Source: Candidatus Limnocylindrus sp. (lineage in GTDB: Bacteria; Chloroflexota; Limnocylindria; Limnocylindrales; Limnocylindraceae). Taken from it: 64,000 nucleotides of DNA. Position 1 is the stretch's first letter, and each line of letters begins with the position of its first letter. The stretch is from assembly GCA_040397175.1 (NCBI GenBank), contig JBBAWM010000001.1, positions 25,976 through 89,975 on the forward strand, in the 5' to 3' direction. The notes under the pieces are model-generated. The model was not told the origin of the DNA, made no database searches, and worked only from the letters and a program-made list of their open reading frames with translations. Positions 47,199-56,654 of the stretch are shown here, one piece after another. A program made the position numbers and the translations under genes.

Positions 47199-48064
47199 CC
47201 ACGGCTCGAACGCACGAGATGCTGGAGTCGGGAAGCCGCCGAGATACGCGCCGCCGTGTCTGGGACCGCTTCATGCGATTCACCGCGCTGGCGGCGACAA
47301 TTGCGGCAATCGTTCCCCTGATCGCGCTGATCTACTTTGTGACGACGCGAGCAATCCCGTGGCTCGACGCGGCACTCTTCGTGAACAATCCGCTCGACAA
47401 ACCGTCGGGTATTAGCAACGCAATCTTTGGTTCGCTACAGCTCACCACCGCGGCAATCCTTGCCGTCGCACCAGTTGGCATACTCGCGGCGATCTATCTC
47501 AACGAATATGCGTCGCCACGTCTTGTCTCCTGGTCGGAGCTGGTGATTGACGTGATGCTTGGTGTGCCAAGCATCGTGGTCGGCATGTTTGCCTTCATGG
47601 TGATCGTTCCCCAGCTAGGCGTATCCGCGGGCTCCGGCGTCGTTGCTATCGGCATCCTCATGTTGCCCATCGTGATTCGAACGACCCAAGAGGTGTTGCG
47701 CCTGGTACCGGCGAGCGTGCGTGAGGCGTCGCTCGCCCTCGGCGTTCCAGTGTGGAAGACCGTCACCTTCGTGGTGTGCCGCACGGCGTTTTCAGGGATC
47801 TTGACAGCCGTAATCTTGGCCTATAGCCGTGGCCTCGGTGAAACGGCGCCGTTACTCCTCACCGTGCGCGGTACCTTTGCGCAGAACTGGTTTGACTTCG
47901 GCACCACTATGAATGCCATGCCGCTCACGATCTATTCGTACTCAGGTGCGGCCGACTCACGCACCATTGGTCAAGCGTGGGCCGCAGCGCTTATCTTGAT
48001 GGCGATGGCGCTGGTCCTTAACATCATTGTTCGAGCACGAACTGTGAACAGTCGAGTAGCGTAA
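47195..48064 (+). CDS. pstA: Phosphate ABC permease
   Basis: [23 protein letters not shown]. Confidence 0.93.
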   Translation: MTTARTHEMLESGSRRDTRRRVWDRFMRFTALAATIAAIVPLIALIYFVTTRAIPWLDAALFVNNPLDKPSGISNAIFGSLQLTTAAILAVAPVGILAAIYLNEYASPRLVSWSELVIDVMLGVPSIVVGMFAFMVIVPQLGVSAGSGVVAIGILMLPIVIRTTQEVLRLVPASVREASLALGVPVWKTVTFVVCRTAFSGILTAVILAYSRGLGETAPLLLTVRGTFAQNWFDFGTTMNAMPLTIYSYSGAADSRTIGQAWAAALILMAMALVLNIIVRARTVNSRVA

Positions 48065-48078
48065 GGAGGAGGAAGAGC

Positions 48079-48954
48079 ATGGGAAGCGACGAGACCACGA
48101 GAAGCGCGACAAAGAGGACGACCGGTCGTCTCACAGGCGCTGATGGCGCCGATAGGGCCGTGGCTGATGCCCGTCCAGCGTCACAATATGCGCTCGAACT
48201 CAACAATGTCGAAGCGTTTTATGGCACCTTCCGGGCGGTAGCCGGCGTCAGCCTGAAGATTGCACCGAAGTCGGTGACCGCCTTCATCGGGCCATCTGGC
48301 TGTGGCAAGTCCACACTGCTCCGCGTGCTGAATCGCATGCACGAAACACTCCCGGGTACCTCAGTCAAGGGTGAGACGCTCCTCGACGGCGTCGATCTGT
48401 ACGGGCCGAAGGTCGACCCGGTCCGTGCGCGGCGCCTGGTCGGCATGGTCTTCCAGAAGCCAAACCCGTTCCCAACGATGTCCATCTTCGAGAACGTGAT
48501 CTCGGGCCTACGACTGGCTGGGGTTCGCTTCAAGAGTGAACTGGAAGGCGTTGCGGAGACCTCGCTGCGTAAGGCCGCTCTCTGGGATGAGGTCAAGGAC
48601 AAGCTCCACCAGCCAGGAACCTCCCTCTCGGGCGGACAACAGCAGCGTCTCTGCATTGCCCGCACAATCGCGGTGAAGCCAGAGATCGTACTCATGGACG
48701 AGCCGTGCTCTGCGCTCGATCCAGTCGCAACCTTGAAGGTCGAAGAGTTGGTCCGAGAGCTCGCGGTGGATTACACGATCGTCATCGTGACCCACAACAT
48801 GCAGCAGGCATCGCGCGTTTCCAACACCACCGCATTCTTCTCGATGAACGAGCAGCGTGCAGGGTATTTGGTGGAGATGGACGCGACAAACAAGATCTTC
48901 ACGAATCCTAAGGAGCAGCTCACGAGCGATTACGTGGCAGGACGCTTCGGTTGA
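48079..48954 (+). CDS. pstB: Phosphate ABC ATPase
   Basis: [42 protein letters not shown]. Confidence 0.95.
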   Translation: MGSDETTRSATKRTTGRLTGADGADRAVADARPASQYALELNNVEAFYGTFRAVAGVSLKIAPKSVTAFIGPSGCGKSTLLRVLNRMHETLPGTSVKGETLLDGVDLYGPKVDPVRARRLVGMVFQKPNPFPTMSIFENVISGLRLAGVRFKSELEGVAETSLRKAALWDEVKDKLHQPGTSLSGGQQQRLCIARTIAVKPEIVLMDEPCSALDPVATLKVEELVRELAVDYTIVIVTHNMQQASRVSNTTAFFSMNEQRAGYLVEMDATNKIFTNPKEQLTSDYVAGRFG

Positions 48955-50129
48955 TGCGCGCCCCTGGGTCACTCGCTGCACTCCTCACGAGCGCCGTGCT
49001 CGTTGTGGCAGCGTGTCGTCCTGGGACCGGAGAGCCCACGCCTTCGGCGTCGTCGATTGCTGGAGACCTTGTACCATCGCGCGAAGTTACGGTTGCCATC
49101 TCTCTCCCAGAGGGGAACTCGACGCTCGCCGCTGCGATTGCAGTGGCGGCGGGTTCCGAATCACTCGGTGGCTCCCAGATCACGGTCTCAACCTTCACTC
49201 CATTTGCAGGCGAAGAACAGTTCCAGTCGGGCCATCGTGACGGGCAGATTGATCTCTACCTGGCCACCGCTGGGGCAGTGCTGAGCGCACAAGCTTCGGG
49301 CGATACGGCCGATGATCTCGTACAGATCGCTGGGCTCCAAACGCATGACCTCCGCTCACTCATTTCGTACACCAGTGACAAGCTGACGTCGATTTCGAGC
49401 GGTTCGATCCTCATTCAAGGGCGCCCAGGTGATGAGTTGAGCCTTTTTGATCTCCTTGCCAGCCAAGAGGCGGCAAACCCTGGAAGCACCCCTGACCCAA
49501 AGAAGTTGACTTTCCTCTACTCGGCTGACCCCTCGGCACCCTTCGACATCACACCGCTTGTTGATGGCACCGCCGTAGCCGCCTGGGTCACCGACTTTGA
49601 CGGGCTCGCCCGTGCCTACGAGGCGTACCGAATGGATGACGGCACGCAGTACGGCATAGCTGGAGTCAAGCGCATCCTTACGACCAGCGCTGAAAGCCCG
49701 CTTGCTGGTGCTGGTATTTGGGCACACAAGATCGATCTTGGTAACCAGGACCTCCTCATCTCTACCGCTGCTTTCTTGGTATCGCTCGCGAGTGGAGCGG
49801 CCTCCTGTCGCGATGGCGCGCTTGACTGCGCTGGAGTTGTTGAGGCTGGAGCACTCTCTGATCGCAGCGGGGATTCTCTCATCTGGTCGATCAACGAGTT
49901 GAACCGTTCAATGTGGCCAGCACCGGAGGGTGTGCTTACCGTCAGCACGGCGGCAATCGATGCTGCGATCGCCACTGCGAATCAGGCTGGCTGGGCGATC
50001 GGGTCAATCAGCGCCGCGGACCTTGTTGACACACAAGCGCTCGAGCTCGCGGTCGATCACCTTCCCGCCGAACTCGATGTAAAGGGCTCCGCCTGGGTTT
50101 CGATTGAGGTGATGCTTCCACTCGATTAG
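48954..50129 (+). CDS. Lipoprotein, divergent NMT1/THI5-like ABC substrate-binding protein
   Basis: Lipobox VAAC; 'DLVQIA' and 'WSINELNRSMWP' resemble NMT1/THI5-type binding proteins (recalled similarity, not searched). Confidence 0.55.
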   Translation: MRAPGSLAALLTSAVLVVAACRPGTGEPTPSASSIAGDLVPSREVTVAISLPEGNSTLAAAIAVAAGSESLGGSQITVSTFTPFAGEEQFQSGHRDGQIDLYLATAGAVLSAQASGDTADDLVQIAGLQTHDLRSLISYTSDKLTSISSGSILIQGRPGDELSLFDLLASQEAANPGSTPDPKKLTFLYSADPSAPFDITPLVDGTAVAAWVTDFDGLARAYEAYRMDDGTQYGIAGVKRILTTSAESPLAGAGIWAHKIDLGNQDLLISTAAFLVSLASGAASCRDGALDCAGVVEAGALSDRSGDSLIWSINELNRSMWPAPEGVLTVSTAAIDAAIATANQAGWAIGSISAADLVDTQALELAVDHLPAELDVKGSAWVSIEVMLPLD

Positions 50130-50147
50130 CGGGCGGCCTGACACCCC

Positions 50148-50732
50148 CTAGGCGAACACCTGGTGGCAGGCGCGGCAGCGCGCCTCATACGTGTCATCCC
50201 CGGCCATGCCGCCGATAACGATCAGCTCGTCGTTGGCGCCTGCAGGCTTACCGCCACGTAGTCGCTGGGACCTCGTCGCCTCGCTGCCACAGATCACGCA
50301 GATAGCTGAGAGCTTCGTTACCTCGTCAGCGAGAGCAAGCAGTTCTGGAATCGTGGCAAATGGTCGGCCTGCAAAGTCCTGATCGAGACCGCTCACAATT
50401 ACCGTGCGTGGTGCCGCAACGATCTCCTCGATGATGGCGGGGAGATCTGAGCCAAAGAACTGCGCCTCTTCGATCGCGACTGCATCTGGGTCGAGGCGGG
50501 CAATCTCGCTGCGGATGGCGGTGGCGTCGGGCGCAACGACGCTCGGGAATCGGGTTCCGGTGCGGCTGACGACCTCGCCAGGGGTGACTCGCGTGTCGCG
50601 GGCGGGAGTGATGAGCAGAACACTCTGACCGGCAATCTGACGGCGGGTGAGGAGCCGCACGACCTCCGCGGTCTTGCCGCTGCTCATGCAGCCAGCGATC
50701 ACGTGGAGCCAGGGGCGACGCGGAATAGCCAT
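50148..50732 (-). CDS. tdk: Thymidine kinase
   Basis: GCMSSGKT, IEEAQFF, SGLDQDF, CVIC...YEARCRACH; leaderless TAGGAT-N7-ATG. Confidence 0.93.
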   Translation of the reverse strand: MAIPRRPWLHVIAGCMSSGKTAEVVRLLTRRQIAGQSVLLITPARDTRVTPGEVVSRTGTRFPSVVAPDATAIRSEIARLDPDAVAIEEAQFFGSDLPAIIEEIVAAPRTVIVSGLDQDFAGRPFATIPELLALADEVTKLSAICVICGSEATRSQRLRGGKPAGANDELIVIGGMAGDDTYEARCRACHQVFA

Positions 50733-50826
50733 GGCGGGAATCCTAGCGGAACCGCACCGCACCTGTCTGGTACGCAATCACCCGTACGATGCTTGTCTGC
50801 CTAGTAACCCGCCTGTAGGAGTCGAT

Positions 50827-51444
50827 ATGCAGACAGAGCGAGTTCTTTTGACGTCGCGCCACGCCGTGCGCGCGGTGGTGGTTGCGGGTGCGCTGGTGGT
50901 CGGGGCGACGGTCGGTCGCACCAGCGCCGCGTTCACCGCCACGGCACCAGTGACTGGTGGGGCCACCTCAGGAGTCGTCTCGTTGAGTACGGGTGGCGTG
51001 CAGCAGCTCACCTTCGGTGGCGCAACACTTACCAACATTGGGCCGGGCGCCACCTTCACGCAAACGGTTACGGTGCTGAACCAGTCGACGGTGACCACCC
51101 CATCAAGTCTCACCGACATCGCCCTGTGGAGTGACATCACCGGTACCTCGACCGCGGCGTCGGGGCTTGGCGCTGCGCTGCAAGTTACGATTACGCGAAG
51201 CATTGGCGGCGAGAGTGCAGAGACGCTGTATAACGGTGCACTGAACGGGCTCTCTGCATACGCGTCGTTCGCGAAACCGATTGGCGTGGCATGGAGCTCA
51301 CGGAATGGCGGTTCTGCGACGGGTGTTTCGGCAAAGAGCGCGACCTACACCTTTACATTCACCCTGCCTGCGAGTGCGACAACAGGGGCCGACTCCTCGG
51401 TAGCGGCAACCTTCACTTTTGAGGCACGCAACAAGACGCAATGA
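50827..51444 (+). CDS. TasA/CalY-like protein with a SipW-type signal peptide
   Basis: GRTSA|AFT cleavage motif, NIGPG...VTVLN, terminal FTFEA.N; SD AGGAG. Confidence 0.75.
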   Translation: MQTERVLLTSRHAVRAVVVAGALVVGATVGRTSAAFTATAPVTGGATSGVVSLSTGGVQQLTFGGATLTNIGPGATFTQTVTVLNQSTVTTPSSLTDIALWSDITGTSTAASGLGAALQVTITRSIGGESAETLYNGALNGLSAYASFAKPIGVAWSSRNGGSATGVSAKSATYTFTFTLPASATTGADSSVAATFTFEARNKTQ

Positions 51445-52289
51445 GCCCTATTCGACGGGTGGCCATTTGCTCGCTGGTGCTGATCGCTGTCATGTGGGTC
51501 GTTGGCGTGCGGTTGCTTGTCGTGACGGGCAACTCTATGGCTCCGAGCATTCGCGATGGAGACCTGGTAATGACAACAAGATTCGGGGGTGACAGTGGCG
51601 TTGGAACTATCGTATTAGTACAGCGACCGAGCGACGGCCAGTTGCTCCTGCATCGAGTCGTCGAACGCGGAACGGGGTGGTGGCGCACACAGGGTGACGC
51701 CAGCCTGAGCCCAGACGCAGAGCGAATCCCCGACACTGCGGTGCTCGGCACCCTTGTTGCGGTCATCCCGACGGGACTACTTCCGGGCTTGCGGCTTGAT
51801 GCCGCAGCTGCACAGTTCAGCTCCAATAGGAATGTCGGACTCAGCGTCACCTCGGCGTCAGGGGCGCGGGTGGTGCTGAGTGGCCCCGTTCTAGTCGGCG
51901 CAGACGCACTCGGGCGTCTTCTTCCGGGGGGACGTGCAACCTGGACGCTAACGCTGACGCCATGCCCAGTTGGGCTTAGCGGCGAATGCACGGGCGCCAC
52001 AAATACGCTGCGATTGGATCCAGATCGCTTTGCCTCTCTCGTGACGGGTGGCCTAGCGCGCTCGATACGGCTCACCACAACCTGCCGACCGGTTGGGACC
52101 ACGACCTGGACCGACTCCGCCGACCTCTTCACTGCCGCGTGGAGCTCGACCAACCTCGCGACGGGCCGCCTTGCGACGCTTTCTACTGGGGCGGGAGCGA
52201 GTGAGTGCCAGCTGCAGGTCGCCCTCCTCGGAAGCATCACGGCGGCGAATAGTGCCCTGACGCTGCCGCTCCGGTGGGGACCAGAGTGA
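51441..52289 (+). CDS. SipW/SEC11-type signal peptidase fused to a C-terminal TasA-like domain
   Basis: TGNSMAP (Ser), GDLV, LHRV (His), TQGDA, PD motifs plus a ~160-aa extension. Confidence 0.8.
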   Translation: MSPIRRVAICSLVLIAVMWVVGVRLLVVTGNSMAPSIRDGDLVMTTRFGGDSGVGTIVLVQRPSDGQLLLHRVVERGTGWWRTQGDASLSPDAERIPDTAVLGTLVAVIPTGLLPGLRLDAAAAQFSSNRNVGLSVTSASGARVVLSGPVLVGADALGRLLPGGRATWTLTLTPCPVGLSGECTGATNTLRLDPDRFASLVTGGLARSIRLTTTCRPVGTTTWTDSADLFTAAWSSTNLATGRLATLSTGAGASECQLQVALLGSITAANSALTLPLRWGPE

Positions 52290-53053
52290 GCGTGACCTAT
52301 TGGTGGGTTCGCCTTGCGCTGCCACTCGCGCTGATCGCCATTGCCACCGCAGGGGCCGCATGGTCGCCGCGTCTCGATCTTCCGCTCACCACGGGTGCCT
52401 GGAGCGCGCCAGGAGGCATCAGTAGTGGGCTGCTGCTCTGGTACGACACAGCAGAGACTGGAACGATGTCACTCGCGCCAAAGCTGCGCTACTGGTTTGA
52501 TAAGTCGGGCGAGGCACAACACGCACAGGTCAGCACGGGGCAATTTCAGCCATATCCAACACTTGCCTCGGGAATCGCTGGCCTGCAATTCAGCGGTGCC
52601 GCTGTGCAGTTACCAACTAGCATCCCACTTGAACCGATGACACTGATCTTGGTCTTTCGGCAATCGAACGATGGGCTAAGTCAGCCGCTCGTTGGAAGCA
52701 GCACGCGCTTCTCGGGAATTTCAATGGAGTTCGGTCGCTTACGCGTGTATAGCAACGGGCAATCGACGGGCGCTTCGACCGCTCGCACCGCAACCGGTCT
52801 GACTATCACCACTGTGCGCACCGCAGCGGGTGCCGCGGACGGATTTCAGTACAACGGCGGCGCCGAAACAGCCTTTAGCCTCACCACCTCAGAGAGCATG
52901 AACTGGATCGGTGGGATGTTTGTTGCTGGTACCCCGAAGTACTTCGTTGGCACGATCATGGAGGTGCTGATCTGGGGGCGATCACTCTCATCAAGCGAGC
53001 TGCAGGCGGCGCACCGCGCCCTCGGCGCAAAGTGGGGGATCAGCGTCCCGTGA
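52286..53053 (+). CDS. Secreted LamG/concanavalin-like protein with a SipW-type signal peptide
   Basis: ATAGA|AWS; LLLWYD, WFDKSG, GTIMEVLIWGRSLSSSE, KWG motifs; GTGA overlap. Confidence 0.7.
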   Translation: MSVTYWWVRLALPLALIAIATAGAAWSPRLDLPLTTGAWSAPGGISSGLLLWYDTAETGTMSLAPKLRYWFDKSGEAQHAQVSTGQFQPYPTLASGIAGLQFSGAAVQLPTSIPLEPMTLILVFRQSNDGLSQPLVGSSTRFSGISMEFGRLRVYSNGQSTGASTARTATGLTITTVRTAAGAADGFQYNGGAETAFSLTTSESMNWIGGMFVAGTPKYFVGTIMEVLIWGRSLSSSELQAAHRALGAKWGISVP

Positions 53054-53067
53054 GGATTCGCCGAAGT

Positions 53068-53838
53068 TTACGAGGGCAGCTTTGCAGCCGCGGCGATGTC
53101 GAGGAGCCATGTTGCGGTTCGAATCAGCGCCGCCTTCGCGGGTGCGTCGGCCACCGCTGTTGAGCTGGTAAAGATTCGTGCGAGCGCTTCGGCCTTGCCA
53201 GCACCAGGGGCAATGGCGAGCACCTCACGGGCGCTCGTGAGCACGCCGAGCGAGAAGGAGAGGCGCGGCACATGTGGCTCAATGTGGGTCGGGGCCGGAA
53301 CTCCTGCAGCCACCGGTGCCCCGTCGAGGGCGAGCGGCGAGCCTGGGAATACGCTCAGGCAGTGGCCGTCGCCGCCAATGCCGATGAGCAGAAGGTCGAA
53401 GATCGGAAAACCTGCAGACGTGTGTGGCACCCCAGCGCCACGCAGCTCCGCGAGATAGGCGCGAACGGCCGATGGTGCATCTGCAGCGGCCGTTGGCCAC
53501 GGGTGGACGGCACTTGGCGAGAGCGGCGAGTTGGCACCCGCAGCGTCTGTGTTGAGCAGTTCAGTGTCGAGCGGATAGACGTTGGAGAGCGGGTTGACCC
53601 GCGGCACGACCCGGTCGTCGCCGAACCAGATCTGCGTTGCCCCCCACGGCATGCGGGCGGCTCGTGATGGCTCGCGGAGTGCGCGATACAACGCAGCAGG
53701 AGTTGAGCCGCCAGTGCTACAGAGATGAAAGACGCCGCGTGCGGCAACGGCGGCGATCGCCGCGTCAACGATGCGATCCGCCGCCGCCTCGGCAACGCCC
53801 GTGGCACTGCCCAAGATGCGAACCGCGGGGCTCATCAT
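53068..53838 (-). CDS. pgl: 6-phosphogluconolactonase
   Basis: TGGSTP, WFGDDR.V, GIGGDGH..S.FP. Confidence 0.92.
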   Translation of the reverse strand: MMSPAVRILGSATGVAEAAADRIVDAAIAAVAARGVFHLCSTGGSTPAALYRALREPSRAARMPWGATQIWFGDDRVVPRVNPLSNVYPLDTELLNTDAAGANSPLSPSAVHPWPTAAADAPSAVRAYLAELRGAGVPHTSAGFPIFDLLLIGIGGDGHCLSVFPGSPLALDGAPVAAGVPAPTHIEPHVPRLSFSLGVLTSAREVLAIAPGAGKAEALARIFTSSTAVADAPAKAALIRTATWLLDIAAAAKLPS

Positions 53839-55016
53839 CCGATCAGCGCACTCATGGTGCGGAGGATGGCCGGTGAGAGCGGGTCAACTTCGCCAAATTC
53901 CAGGGACTCGCTCAAGAGGCTTGCCTCCGTCCACCGTGGCGCCTGGAATGTGCGCTCATGCACAAGGGCACCGTTGATCTTGGCGACGGCTCGGGTCGAG
54001 GTGGAATCAGCGCGAACCTCGAGCTCGAAATGGTCTCCACGGCGATCTGCAGCGATGCGCACGGCGATCGTCGTTCCCGCTCCAAGAACGGAGGCGACAG
54101 GGGTGAGCTCAACCGCAATTGGATGACGGAGTTGATCGTAGAGTTCGGCGCGCCACCCGTCGCGACCGACCAGGTGCAGTGGCTTACTAATTGACGCATT
54201 GAGGCGCGATGCAAGCCATGCCACGTGATAGGCGGGGCGCACGACGTTGATTGAGGCGTTCGAGCCCCTCCCTTCCGAGTAGTCGACCGAGATCGCATTG
54301 ATGGCGTTCAGGAATGGTGCCGCTGCATCTTCGTCAAACATCGTCGCGATGGAGTCACGCCACCGACCCTGGCGCAAGAGTGCGAAGTCTGTCAGTGCGG
54401 CACCGGCGCTCTCGGCAGCGGCGGAGAGGGTACGAAGCGTCGACAACCCGTCGCCGGGCTGCGTTGCGCCATCGATGATGACGCGGTCAACGCCGCGAAG
54501 GAGTTGGCGCACATCACTCTCTCCAGCGTTTACTGGCGCATCCCACCAGAGCAGCGTTGGCAAGTCATGGAGCGAGAGCGGCGGCACGATGCTGGCAAGG
54601 TGATGCGCGGCTGGGCCACCAACATCGATCCAGAGCAGCTCAGTACAAGCCGATGTGCCATCACCACGTGGCGTTACCGCGCAGAAGACCTCGAGACGAG
54701 CGGCGAAGGTAGCTGGGCCCTCTGGATCGCGTGGCACGATGAAGAGCGTGCGCGACGGGTTACGTGGCAGGGTTGCCAGGATTGACGCCGCATGCGTCGC
54801 GCGTTCCGCGCCGCTTGCCACGACGGCAAGGTTCATGACACCAGTGCGTACCGCAATCGGTTCGCTGGTGGTCGAACTAGTCGACACGTGTGAAACCAGG
54901 AGGCGACGCGCCTCGCTACTCGCCCAGAGTTTGGCGAGGAGTGCGTCTGCCTCAGCAACCGTTGTGGCGCTTGTGCTCCAACGCAGTGCTGAGGTACGGA
55001 TGGAGTTGAGGCTCAT
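53835..55016 (-). CDS. opcA: Glucose-6-phosphate dehydrogenase assembly protein
   Basis: DLPTLLWW, DRVIID, DFALLR..RWR; adjacent to zwf. Confidence 0.85.
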   Translation of the reverse strand: MSLNSIRTSALRWSTSATTVAEADALLAKLWASSEARRLLVSHVSTSSTTSEPIAVRTGVMNLAVVASGAERATHAASILATLPRNPSRTLFIVPRDPEGPATFAARLEVFCAVTPRGDGTSACTELLWIDVGGPAAHHLASIVPPLSLHDLPTLLWWDAPVNAGESDVRQLLRGVDRVIIDGATQPGDGLSTLRTLSAAAESAGAALTDFALLRQGRWRDSIATMFDEDAAAPFLNAINAISVDYSEGRGSNASINVVRPAYHVAWLASRLNASISKPLHLVGRDGWRAELYDQLRHPIAVELTPVASVLGAGTTIAVRIAADRRGDHFELEVRADSTSTRAVAKINGALVHERTFQAPRWTEASLLSESLEFGEVDPLSPAILRTMSALIG

Positions 55017-55037
55017 CAGTGGCGTGCCCCAGCCAGG

Positions 55038-56654
55038 TTAGAGACGGCGCCAGCGGCGCCCCTCTCGGGTGAGGAGCTCGTCTGCTGCCTCGGGGCCCCA
55101 CGTCCCTGACGTGTAATTCGGCATCTGCGGCTCCGCGCCAGCTACCCAGGCATCGATGATCGGGTCGACGATGCGCCAGGCCGCCTCGACCTCGTCAGCG
55201 CGCGTGAAGAGCGAGGCGTCGCCAAGGAGTGCGTCCAGGATGAGTGTCTCGTAGGCGTCGGGGCTCTCCACGGTGAAGGCGGAGCCGTAGGCGAAGTCCA
55301 TGTTCACGGGGCGAACGTCGACGCCGAGGCCAGGAACCTTCGCTGCGAAGCGCATCAGGATTCCCTCATCGGGCTGGATGCGAATGACGAGGAGGTTCGG
55401 CTCAGGCTCCTCGCCCACGGTCGGGAAGAGGTGCTGTGGAACATCCTTGAACTGGATCGCGATCTCGGTGGCGCGCTTTGGTAGCCGCTTTCCAGCGCGC
55501 AGGTAGAAGGGAACTCCAGCCCAACGCCAGTCGTCAATCTCGAGGCGGGCCGCAACGAACGTTTCCGTTTCGCTTGACGGGTCGACCGCCGGCTCACTGC
55601 GGTAGCCCGGGGCCTCTGTTGCGCCCACCCAGCCTGGACCGTACTGCCCACGAACCACCGACTGTTCAACCTTCTCAACGGGGATCGGTCGAATGGCGCG
55701 GAGCACCTTCACCTTCTCGTCGCGGAGCGCCTCGGCCTCAAGGTTTGCCGGTGGCTCCATCGCCACTAACGTGAGCAGCTGCAACAGGTGGTTCTGCAAG
55801 ATGTCGCGCAGGGCGCCGGTCTCTTCGTAGAAGGCGCCGCGGCCCTCAACACCGATTGATTCCGCCACCGTGATCTGCACGTGGTCGATGTAGCGGCGGT
55901 GCCAGATCGGCTCAAAGATCAGGTTGCCGAAACGGAAGATCAAGATGTTCCGCACCGTCTCCTTGCCCAGGTAATGGTCAATGCGATAGACCTGCGACTC
56001 GCGGAAGACCTTCCCAACCTCGCGGTTGAGCTTGACCGCGGTCTCTAGGTCGCGGCCGAAGGGCTTCTCGATGACGACGCGGCGCCAACCGCTATCGGCT
56101 GTCTCATGGTCGAGACCCGCCGCGCCGAGGCTGCGAACGATCTCGGGGAATGATGAGGCAGGAGTCGCGAGGTAGTAGAGGCGATTCCCGTCGGTACCGG
56201 ATTCTGTATCAATGGCGTTGAGCTTCTTCGCCAGTGCCGTATACGCCTCTGACTCATCGAAGCCGCCCTGGTGGTAGGTGATGCGCGACGCAAATGAAGC
56301 CCATCGCTCCTCGTCTACCGGGGTGATACGCGCGTGCTTGTCGAGCGAGGTGCGCAACGCGGCACGAATCTCTTGGTCGCTAAAAGCGCGCCGGCCAAAG
56401 CAGACGAGGGCAAATCGTTCTGGGAGGAGGTTGCCCACCCACAGGTGGAAGAGAGCCGGTACCACCTTGCGGTGGGCGAGGTCACCCGTTGCGCCGAAGA
56501 GGACCACCACATGGGGATCAGGAACGCGCTCAATGCGCAGTCCGGCGCGAAGTGGATTCTTCGCCCCCTTCTTTGTTGCAGGCTTTCGAGTCTTGCGGCC
56601 AAGCCGCAGATCACGAATCGTTGCGTGTCCCTCAGCGGGTGATTGCGGGCTCAC
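55038..56654 (-). CDS. zwf: Glucose-6-phosphate 1-dehydrogenase
   Basis: GATGDLA, EKPFG, RIDHYLGKE. Confidence 0.96.
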   Translation of the reverse strand: MSPQSPAEGHATIRDLRLGRKTRKPATKKGAKNPLRAGLRIERVPDPHVVVLFGATGDLAHRKVVPALFHLWVGNLLPERFALVCFGRRAFSDQEIRAALRTSLDKHARITPVDEERWASFASRITYHQGGFDESEAYTALAKKLNAIDTESGTDGNRLYYLATPASSFPEIVRSLGAAGLDHETADSGWRRVVIEKPFGRDLETAVKLNREVGKVFRESQVYRIDHYLGKETVRNILIFRFGNLIFEPIWHRRYIDHVQITVAESIGVEGRGAFYEETGALRDILQNHLLQLLTLVAMEPPANLEAEALRDEKVKVLRAIRPIPVEKVEQSVVRGQYGPGWVGATEAPGYRSEPAVDPSSETETFVAARLEIDDWRWAGVPFYLRAGKRLPKRATEIAIQFKDVPQHLFPTVGEEPEPNLLVIRIQPDEGILMRFAAKVPGLGVDVRPVNMDFAYGSAFTVESPDAYETLILDALLGDASLFTRADEVEAAWRIVDPIIDAWVAGAEPQMPNYTSGTWGPEAADELLTREGRRWRRL

